Shown here: positions 28,350-35,688 of the stretch, piece by piece
Layout of the letters: every line of letters starts with the position of its first letter
Position numbering within the stretch: the first letter of the stretch is position 1
Source: Candidatus Raskinella chloraquaticus
Lineage (GTDB): Bacteria; Pseudomonadota; Alphaproteobacteria; Rhizobiales; UBA4765
Reading direction: 5' to 3'
NCBI GenBank assembly: GCA_002365175.1
Contig: DEZK01000012.1
Location: 3,330 to 67,329, forward strand
Length of the DNA: 64,000 nucleotides
Notes under the pieces: model-generated
What the model was told of the DNA's origin: nothing
Database searches by the model: none
What the model saw: the letters and a program-made list of their open reading frames with translations, nothing else
Made by a program: the position numbers and the translations under genes

Positions 28350-29171
28350 GTGACCGGGATATCCATCCGTTTCTGGGGCGTTGGCGGCTCGATGCCGGCG
28401 CGCGCTTCCAGGCGCCGCATGTTTGGCGTGCAGACATGCTGTTTTGAAATCCGCGCCGGCCATCAGCGTCTTATCATCGATGCCGGCACCGGCATTGCCG
28501 ATCTCGGCCACAGCCTGGCGGACGATGACGCCGCCGCGCTCGACATTCTGCTCACCCATTGTCATTGGGACCATATCTTCGGCTTGACCGGCTTTTCGCC
28601 CATGTTCGCCAGCGGGCGGAAGATCAATCTGCGCTTTGCCGCCCTGTCGGGCGAAAGTCCTGCGGATGTTCTCGATGCCTTGTTCAAGCCGCCCTATTTT
28701 CCGCTTGCCCCGGGTGATCTGCGCAGCACGATTTCACTGCAGACGATCGCGCCTGCAATCCCCTTCACCCTGGATGCCCTGACGGTGCGCCCCATCGCGC
28801 TCAATCATCCAAACGGGGCCAGCGGATTTCGGATCGACAGCAGCGATGCCGCGATCGCCATCATCACCGACCACGAACACGGCGTGGGGGCAATCGATGA
28901 CGAGATCGTCAAGCTGTGCGCCAATGTCGACCTGCTCATCTATGATGCCATGTGGGACGGCGATGTCGACTATCAGGCGCATCGCGGCTGGGGCCATTCG
29001 ACCTGGCAGGCCGGCCTTGACATCCTGCGGCGGGCAGGGGGCAAGCGGCTCGTCTGCGTCCATCACGATCCACGGCTGAGCGATGAGGACCTGTCCGCGC
29101 GCGAAAGGCGGCTGCAGAGCGAGCATCCGGACAGTCTGTTTGCGCGCGAAGGGATGACGTTGAGGACATGA
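28350..29171 (+). CDS. MBL-fold metallo-hydrolase, a candidate class-II-like cyclic-nucleotide phosphodiesterase
   Basis: GTG start. The metal motif is LLTHCHWDHIFGLTGFSP (HxHxDH). It ends 10 nt upstream of the cNMP-binding ABC-type gene. Confidence 0.75.
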   Translation: MTGISIRFWGVGGSMPARASRRRMFGVQTCCFEIRAGHQRLIIDAGTGIADLGHSLADDDAAALDILLTHCHWDHIFGLTGFSPMFASGRKINLRFAALSGESPADVLDALFKPPYFPLAPGDLRSTISLQTIAPAIPFTLDALTVRPIALNHPNGASGFRIDSSDAAIAIITDHEHGVGAIDDEIVKLCANVDLLIYDAMWDGDVDYQAHRGWGHSTWQAGLDILRRAGGKRLVCVHHDPRLSDEDLSARERRLQSEHPDSLFAREGMTLRT

Positions 29172-29181
29172 GCGCAGCGCG

Positions 29182-32100
29182 ATGAAACCATTGTTTGCCT
29201 ATATCTGGGAGCATTCAAGGCGCGAGCAATTGCTTATCCTGCTCGTGGTGCTTCTGTCGTTTCCGTTCTATTTCTATTCGCTCGATCTGCCGAAATATAT
29301 CGTCTCGGACGCCATTCAGGGCCGCGCCTTTGCGGCTGGAAAAACCGAAGCCGTTCTGTTCCATCTGGCGCTGACCCTGCCAGGTTTTCTGGGTGGCGCC
29401 CATGTCGAGCTTTTCTCCGGCATCAGCCTGTCGCGGCTGCCTTATCTCTTTGCCTTGAGCGCGCTCTTCCTGCTGCTTGTCGTTATCAACGGCGTGTTCA
29501 AATATATCATCAATATGCGCAAGGGGGCGCTCGGCGAGCGTCTGCTGCAATATCTGCGCTTTGATCTTTTTTCGCTCCTGCTGCGCTTCTCGCCCGAGGC
29601 TCTGCGCAACGTCAAGGCGTCGGAAGCCGCCACCATCATCAAGGACGAGGTCGAACCCATCGGTGGCTTTGTCGGCGATGCCTTCATTCAACCCGTCTTC
29701 CTCGGTGGTCAGGCGCTGACGGCTCTCACCTTCATCCTCCTGCAAAGCCCGATTCTTGGATTTCTGGCCGGGCTGATTGTCTTTGTTCAGGCAGCCGTCA
29801 TCCCGCGCTTGCGCCGCGAGCAGATACGGCTCGGCAAGGAGCGCCAATTGCGCTCACGCGCCCTGGCCGGGCGTATCGGCGAAGTGGTGGACGGCATCAG
29901 TGAGGTCGGCAATCACGGTACCAGCGCGTTTGAGCGCCAGCGCATCGGCGGCATGCTCGAACAACTCTTCACCATCCGCTACCGGCTCTACGGCCGCAAA
30001 TTCGCAGTCAAATTTGCCAATAATTTGCTGGCCCAGATGACGCCCTTCCTCTTTTACACGCTGGGTGGCGTCGCTGCCCTGCGGGGCGAGATCGATATTG
30101 GTCAGCTGGTCGCTGTCATTGCCGCCTATCGCGAATTGCCGCCACCCGTGAAAGAACTCATCGACTGGGACCAGCAGCGCCTCGATGTCGATGTCAAATA
30201 CCAGCAGGTCGTGGAACAATTCAGCGCCGGCGTGGCGCCGAGCGTCCCATCCCCCTCAACCGCCGACATGCCCGACCTCATCAACGGCTCGATCGTCATC
30301 CAGGGCCTGAAGGTGATGAGCGCAAGTGACGACGTTCTGGTCGATGGCATCAATCTTACTTTGCCGCTTGGCAAGCACGTCGTGCTGGCTGAGCGGGCTG
30401 GCGATGGCGCGCGCACCCTGGCGCAAATCCTTGGCCGCCGCCTCAGCCTGTACACAGGCTCGATCCGCATCAACGGTGCTGATCTGTCAACCCTGCCCGT
30501 CTCGCTCCACGGGCGCCACGTCGCCCACGCCATCCCTGATGCCGCCATCTTCGACGGCAGCATCCGCGACAATCTCATTTACAGTCTGCAGCAGCGGGTC
30601 AACGAGCCCGACATGCATGGTGTTGCGGTGGCGGCGGACTGTGTGGATTATTCACTGGCGGGCGTTGAGGACGCAGCCGGCCTTGATCACGCGATTGGCG
30701 AGGTTCTGCGCGATGTTGGTCTCGACGAGGCGGTCTTCCGCTTTGGTTTGGCCCGCAAGCTTGAGTCCGGTGGCGATGGGCTCGTGGAGCACATGGTGGA
30801 ATTGCGCGGCGATGTGCGCCGTCAACTTGATGAAAGCGGGCTTGCCGCGCTGGTCGAACCCTTCGATGCCGATGCCTACAACGACAATTCGACCATTGGC
30901 GAAAACCTGCTGTTCGGCGTTCCTCTCGGTGAAGCGATGCGTGACACCAACCTCGCCATGTTGCCGTTCACCCGCCAGCTGCTTGATCAATGCGGGTTAA
31001 GCGAAGGCCTGGCGCTGACCGGCCGGCGCATCGCGGTAACGATGGTCGAGATTTTCACCGGCGTCTCGTCCGACCATTTCCTGTTCGAGCAATTCTCCTT
31101 CATTTCGGCCGACGAACTCGACGATTTCCGCGACATGCTGGGCCGCACCGACGGTCCCGTCGCCACGTTCAGCAGCGCCGACCGTGACCGCCTGGTGGCG
31201 CTCGCTTTCCTTTACGTTGAACCGCGGCACCGCCTGGGTCTGCTTGATGCCGCGCTGCGCGACAAGATCCTGTTGGCCCGTCACCAGTTCCGCCGTGGCG
31301 CGCCAAGTGACCTGGCAACCAGCATCGAATTCTACGACAGCGAACGCTATTGCACGGCCGCGCCGCTGCGCGACAACCTGCTCTTTGGACGCATCACCTA
31401 CGGAGCGTCTGGCGCGGCGGAGAAAGTGACAACCGCCATTCGCCAGTTATTGATCAAGCGGGGCTTCGATGTCGCCGTCTTCCGCCTGGGCCTCGAACAG
31501 CCCTGCGGACACGCCGGGCGTCTGCTGTTCCCCGCCCAGCGCAGCGCCATTGCTCTTGCCCGCTGCCTGATGAAACGCCCGGATATTCTGATCATCAACG
31601 AAGGCGTTCTCAACGCCAGCGAACCTGATGGCGCTGCCCTGCTTGAGAGGCTTCGCCGGCGCATGGCGGGCAAGTCCCTGTTTGTCGTCCTGCGTGCCGG
31701 CGACCCGGCAACCGGCTTCGATGCGCGCATCGAGCTTGCCGCGGGCAAAGTCGTCAGTGGCCTTGCTGCCGCCGAACGCGACACGCCCGAACCAGCCGCG
31801 CGCGCCGCCAGTGACAGTGCCGAATTGGGAGCGCTGCAAGCAGTGCCTATGTTCGCTGATGTCGATCTTGCCCGTCTCAAGCTGCTGGCCTTCACCAGCG
31901 AGCGTTTGACCTATCGGGCGGGCGACGTCGTGTTCAGGCAGGGTGATCCATCCGATTCGGCCTATGTTCTGATTTCCGGGAGAGCCGACATCATCATCAA
32001 CACGGCCGACGGCCCGATGACCGTCAACACCGTCAGCCGCGGGGCGATCGTCGGTGAGATCGGTATCATTACCGGTGCGCCCCGTTCCGCAACCATCCGC

Positions 32101-32250
32101 GCGCTTGAGGATATCAGCGTGCTTTGCCTGCGCCAGGATATCTTCCTCAGCCTGATGAGCGAATTCCCTGAAATGTCGCTTGCCGTGACGCGCCTCGTCG
32201 TCCGCCGCCTGCAGGATAACATTGCCACCCTGCAATCACAGCGGCGGTGA
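29182..32250 (+). CDS. ABC-exporter-type membrane protein with a degenerate nucleotide-binding domain and a C-terminal cyclic-nucleotide-binding domain
   Basis: The N-terminal roughly 330 aa is an ABC transmembrane domain. The NBD motifs are altered: AERAGDGART for Walker A, LFPAQRSAIALARCL for LSGGQ, ILIINEG for Walker B. The C-terminal CNB domain reads FRQGDPSDSAYVLISGRADI...GEIGIITGAPRSATIRA. Confidence 0.8.
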   Translation: MKPLFAYIWEHSRREQLLILLVVLLSFPFYFYSLDLPKYIVSDAIQGRAFAAGKTEAVLFHLALTLPGFLGGAHVELFSGISLSRLPYLFALSALFLLLVVINGVFKYIINMRKGALGERLLQYLRFDLFSLLLRFSPEALRNVKASEAATIIKDEVEPIGGFVGDAFIQPVFLGGQALTALTFILLQSPILGFLAGLIVFVQAAVIPRLRREQIRLGKERQLRSRALAGRIGEVVDGISEVGNHGTSAFERQRIGGMLEQLFTIRYRLYGRKFAVKFANNLLAQMTPFLFYTLGGVAALRGEIDIGQLVAVIAAYRELPPPVKELIDWDQQRLDVDVKYQQVVEQFSAGVAPSVPSPSTADMPDLINGSIVIQGLKVMSASDDVLVDGINLTLPLGKHVVLAERAGDGARTLAQILGRRLSLYTGSIRINGADLSTLPVSLHGRHVAHAIPDAAIFDGSIRDNLIYSLQQRVNEPDMHGVAVAADCVDYSLAGVEDAAGLDHAIGEVLRDVGLDEAVFRFGLARKLESGGDGLVEHMVELRGDVRRQLDESGLAALVEPFDADAYNDNSTIGENLLFGVPLGEAMRDTNLAMLPFTRQLLDQCGLSEGLALTGRRIAVTMVEIFTGVSSDHFLFEQFSFISADELDDFRDMLGRTDGPVATFSSADRDRLVALAFLYVEPRHRLGLLDAALRDKILLARHQFRRGAPSDLATSIEFYDSERYCTAAPLRDNLLFGRITYGASGAAEKVTTAIRQLLIKRGFDVAVFRLGLEQPCGHAGRLLFPAQRSAIALARCLMKRPDILIINEGVLNASEPDGAALLERLRRRMAGKSLFVVLRAGDPATGFDARIELAAGKVVSGLAAAERDTPEPAARAASDSAELGALQAVPMFADVDLARLKLLAFTSERLTYRAGDVVFRQGDPSDSAYVLISGRADIIINTADGPMTVNTVSRGAIVGEIGIITGAPRSATIRALEDISVLCLRQDIFLSLMSEFPEMSLAVTRLVVRRLQDNIATLQSQRR

Positions 32251-32263
32251 TCGACGCGCGGCG

Positions 32264-34495
32264 TTACTTGTCGTCCATCGTCGTACTGCCATCCCAATCA
32301 GCAGGTGGTGGCGCAAGCAGCAGGGCGGTAGCCCGCTTGCTATAGACGTCATAAAGCCCGGCAAGCCGCAAAGGTGCTAGCGCGCGCGCCGCGTTCGCCT
32401 TGTCGATGACGGCCTCGAAGCGTCGTTCGCGATAGGCGTCAAGCACCTCGTGATGGGCAAGACGATACGCGGCGAAATCGCCGCGCGCGGCCTCTTCCTC
32501 GCTGCCCATCAGCGTGAAGAGACGCGTTGCCTGCACCTTGCCCTTGAGCCGCACGAGATCGACTTCGATCCACGGCAGGTCAGGCGCGAGATCGTGCGTG
32601 GTCTCCGCCGCCAGCAGATCAACGCCCAGATATTTGGTGGCCCCTTCCAGACGGGAGGCGACGTTGACTTCGTCCCCGATCGCTGAGTAGTCGAACCGCC
32701 GGGTTGACCCGAGATTGCCGACGCAGCACTCGCCCGTGTTCAGTCCGATACCGAAGCGGGCAATCGGGAAATGTCGCCCCTGGGCGCTTGCCTGCGCCTG
32801 CCAGCGCTGGTTCAGTTCCGCCAGCCGGTCGATCATCAAAAGCGCGGTCCGGCCTGCATTGATGGCGTGCTTGTCGTCATCAAGCGGCGCGTTCCAGAAC
32901 GCCATGATGGCGTCCCCCATATATTTGTCGACCGTGCCATTGTGATCGAGGACAAGGTCGGTCATCGGCGTCAGATAATCATTCATGAAGCGCGTCAGTT
33001 CCTGCGCGCTCATGCCTTCGGAGAGCGTGGTGAAGCTGCGCAGATCGCAGAACATGAGGGTGAGCGTGCGGTTCTCTCCGCCAAGGACAAGACGGCTTGG
33101 ATCACCCGCAAGCCGCTCGACGACGGCCGGCGCGACAAAGCGCTCAAAGGCTGAACGCACCTGCCGCTTCTGCGCCTGCTCCTGCCAGTAGAGGCACGAT
33201 AGCCCGGCGAGATAGATGACGCCCCCGGAGGCGCTCGGCACCACCGGGTCAACGAGGATGCCGCCTTGATGAAAAAGGTACCAGCTGCCGCCAACCAGCA
33301 CAGCAACAACGCCAGCCCCGAGAAGGCCAAGGATAATGGCCGGCGTGCGCGGCAGGAACACCATGAAAATGACGCAGGAAAGGATAGCCAGCGCCGCTTC
33401 AGCGCCCAGCGCCCAGTCCGGCCGGCTGAGTTGGCCGCCGGCGATGATGTGCTCGACCAGCTGGGCGTGAACTTCGACACCCGGGATGGTCGCGTCGATA
33501 GGTGTGGTGCGCTGGTCAAGCAGCCCTGCCGCGCTGGAGCCGATGAAGAAAATGCGCCCTTCGATCTCGTCTGGTTTGATCTCGTCGGCGAGGATCTGCC
33601 AGGCCGGCACGAAGCGTCGCGGTTCATGAGCGGAGAACCGCACCCGGACATCGCCGCTTGACCCCGTATCGATCACAAATTGCCCGATCTTGACGGCGTT
33701 GACACCGGTTGCAGCGCCAAAGGCGGTTTCCCCGCTGGCGTTGGATGATTTGACGATGACCGTATCGACGCCCTGCGCCACCCTGAGCGCTTCGGCGGCA
33801 AGTCCAAGAGCTAATTTTCCGCCAACTCCGAGAAGGACCGGCACCCGCCTGATCGTCTGATCGCGATCAGGCAACCAGTTGAGCATGCCGATGCCGCTGG
33901 CCTGCGCCGCGAAGTCGGGCAGTGGCAGAACGGCAGAGGCGAACCGTGGCACGAACTGCGCCGGATCATCGCCCGCCGTTACCCATCCATGCTTTTGCGG
34001 CAAGGTGATCGTGAGCGGCGAGGCGGTGGCAATAGCCCCAAGAACGACGGGCTTGCCGGCGATGGCCGCAGCAAACACCGCATCATTGGTCGGCAGATCA
34101 ACGATATCGCGCGCCACCGCGTCACGTGCAGCCGATGGCGGCAGGAGCGACAATATCTGGTCAGGGCTCGTGCGATCGCCCTCGGCAAGCGCGATGTCGA
34201 AGGCGACCACGGCAGCGCCCATCGCCGACAGCTTGTCGACCAGTTGCGCCATGCGGGTGCGCGGCCAAGGCCACTGGCCGATGCGGGTAAGCGAAGCATC
34301 ATCGATATCGATGATGCGCACCGGGGCGTCCGCATCCCATTGTCGCGGCGACAGGCGCTGGTAGCTGTCGAATACCAGATCGCGCAGCGGCGCGAGGGCG
34401 TGCGGTGCGGCGATCTCGAAAAAGACAATAAGGGCAAAGGGAATGCCGACCGCCAGCCAGTATAATCGGTTCGCGTAGCGCATGCCCGGCTTCAA
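32264..34495 (-). CDS. CHASE2 sensor domain-containing class III adenylate/guanylate cyclase
   Basis: CHASE2 is seen in VRIIDIDDASLTRIGQWPWPRTRMAQLVDKL...AFDIALAE, followed by TM helices. The cyclase core is LTLMFCDLRSFTTLSE...VDKYMGDAIMAFWNAP...GLNTGECCVGNLGS...YSAIGDEVNVASRLE. The TTG start at 34495 overlaps the upstream stop; an ATG at 34483 is an alternative. Confidence 0.9.
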   Translation of the reverse strand: MKPGMRYANRLYWLAVGIPFALIVFFEIAAPHALAPLRDLVFDSYQRLSPRQWDADAPVRIIDIDDASLTRIGQWPWPRTRMAQLVDKLSAMGAAVVAFDIALAEGDRTSPDQILSLLPPSAARDAVARDIVDLPTNDAVFAAAIAGKPVVLGAIATASPLTITLPQKHGWVTAGDDPAQFVPRFASAVLPLPDFAAQASGIGMLNWLPDRDQTIRRVPVLLGVGGKLALGLAAEALRVAQGVDTVIVKSSNASGETAFGAATGVNAVKIGQFVIDTGSSGDVRVRFSAHEPRRFVPAWQILADEIKPDEIEGRIFFIGSSAAGLLDQRTTPIDATIPGVEVHAQLVEHIIAGGQLSRPDWALGAEAALAILSCVIFMVFLPRTPAIILGLLGAGVVAVLVGGSWYLFHQGGILVDPVVPSASGGVIYLAGLSCLYWQEQAQKRQVRSAFERFVAPAVVERLAGDPSRLVLGGENRTLTLMFCDLRSFTTLSEGMSAQELTRFMNDYLTPMTDLVLDHNGTVDKYMGDAIMAFWNAPLDDDKHAINAGRTALLMIDRLAELNQRWQAQASAQGRHFPIARFGIGLNTGECCVGNLGSTRRFDYSAIGDEVNVASRLEGATKYLGVDLLAAETTHDLAPDLPWIEVDLVRLKGKVQATRLFTLMGSEEEAARGDFAAYRLAHHEVLDAYRERRFEAVIDKANAARALAPLRLAGLYDVYSKRATALLLAPPPADWDGSTTMDDK

Positions 34496-35625
34496 GCCCC
34501 TCGTCTGGCGATGTCCGTCTGGCGCAAGGCATCCTTGATCCCGGGTGCGCGCTCGATTACCGCTGCAAGATCACGCTTGGAGAGCGATAACAATTTCGTC
34601 CGGCCCTTTGCATTCACCGTCGCGCTCCGTGGCTCGTCGGTGAGCAGGGCATGTTCACCGAAATAATCACCGCTGTCGAGACGGATCGGTCCCCCTTCGG
34701 TTGCAACCTCGACGCTGCCGCCAAGGATGAAATACATGCGCTCACCCGGTTCGCCACGACGGATGATGACCGCGCCGTCTTCAAATGATTCTGCATTGAG
34801 CTGCTCGGCGATAGCCGCGATGGCGGCGGCCGGCAGGCTCCTGAACAGCGGGACGCGCGCCACCATGTTCCACGTCACCACGAAGCTGCGCTTTGCCAAT
34901 GTCGCGTCAAACGCGGACGCAATGACGCCCATGGGGAGCGCCAGCACGAGAAAGCCGCTGATACTGAGAATGACATAGAGCACTTGCCCGAGGCGGGTAT
35001 CGGGCGTGCTGTCATCGCCGCTGGCACCCGTCACGGTGCTGATCGTCCACCAGATGACACTGGTCAGATGGCCGAATTCCTCTGGCTGACCGGCCCGCTC
35101 AAGCAGGAAAATCGCACTGCCGAAGATCATCCCGATCATGCCAACGATGATGGCGCTGGCAAAGAGGGCTTGGCGACCCAGCATCAGCGCCTGGCCAAGC
35201 GCGCTCAGCATCGGCGAATAACGCACCAGTTTGAGGCAGCGCGGCAGGGCGAGCGCCGTGGCGCGTTCAAGCGAAAGAGAGCCCGTGAGGAAGGCAAGAA
35301 TGCCGGCCAGAATATAAAGATCGAGCAGGGCACCGGCCGATGAGGCATGCATCCATCGCGCCGCGACAGGTCCCATCGCCGCAAAACGGGGATTGTCGGG
35401 TGCCGCCCACAGGCGAAAGCCGTATTCGCTGCCAAGAACGATCAGCATGAGGGTTTCGCTGAAGGGCGGCACCCGGGAGGAAATGCCAAGGTCAGGCTCG
35501 ATTGCCAGAACCAGAATGAGCAGGCTGACGATGATCGAGGCTGCCAGAAAATGATGAAGCCTGCCGCCCCAGGCACCCGCAAGGGCTCCATCCTCCAGCA
35601 ACGTGAAATACTGCGCCCTGGTCAT
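34492..35625 (-). CDS. Cyclic-nucleotide-gated ion-channel homolog (MloK1-like: 6-TM ion-transport domain plus C-terminal CNB domain)
   Basis: The S4-like segment is LPRCLKLVRYSPML. The pore region WWTISTVTGASGDDSTPDT lacks a TxGYG filter. The CNB domain reads GEPGERMYFILGGSVEV...FGEHALLTDEPRSATVNA. The ATG at 35625 is preferred over the TTG at 35658. Confidence 0.85.
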   Translation of the reverse strand: MTRAQYFTLLEDGALAGAWGGRLHHFLAASIIVSLLILVLAIEPDLGISSRVPPFSETLMLIVLGSEYGFRLWAAPDNPRFAAMGPVAARWMHASSAGALLDLYILAGILAFLTGSLSLERATALALPRCLKLVRYSPMLSALGQALMLGRQALFASAIIVGMIGMIFGSAIFLLERAGQPEEFGHLTSVIWWTISTVTGASGDDSTPDTRLGQVLYVILSISGFLVLALPMGVIASAFDATLAKRSFVVTWNMVARVPLFRSLPAAAIAAIAEQLNAESFEDGAVIIRRGEPGERMYFILGGSVEVATEGGPIRLDSGDYFGEHALLTDEPRSATVNAKGRTKLLSLSKRDLAAVIERAPGIKDALRQTDIARRGA

Positions 35626-35688
35626 CGCCACATTCCGGGTTAGCCAGCCGCCAGCCAATAAGGCGACGTCGACAGAAGGGCGCGCCGT

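Noticed and set aside
28023-28574. Track ORFs (72, 81, 63 and 105 aa) in the spacer upstream of the MBL gene
   Set aside because: They overlap each other in different frames, lack starts with an RBS and lack motifs. One runs antisense into the MBL gene. The region is kept as unassigned.
32264-35625. Reading the cyclase plus CNB-domain membrane effector as a Pycsar/CBASS-like anti-phage module
   Set aside because: The cyclase is a large membrane receptor with a periplasmic CHASE2 domain, not a small cytosolic Pycsar cyclase. The effector is a full MloK1-type channel. The context (FecR, Slam, PDE-like hydrolase) points to environmental signalling, and there are no mobile or defence-island neighbours.
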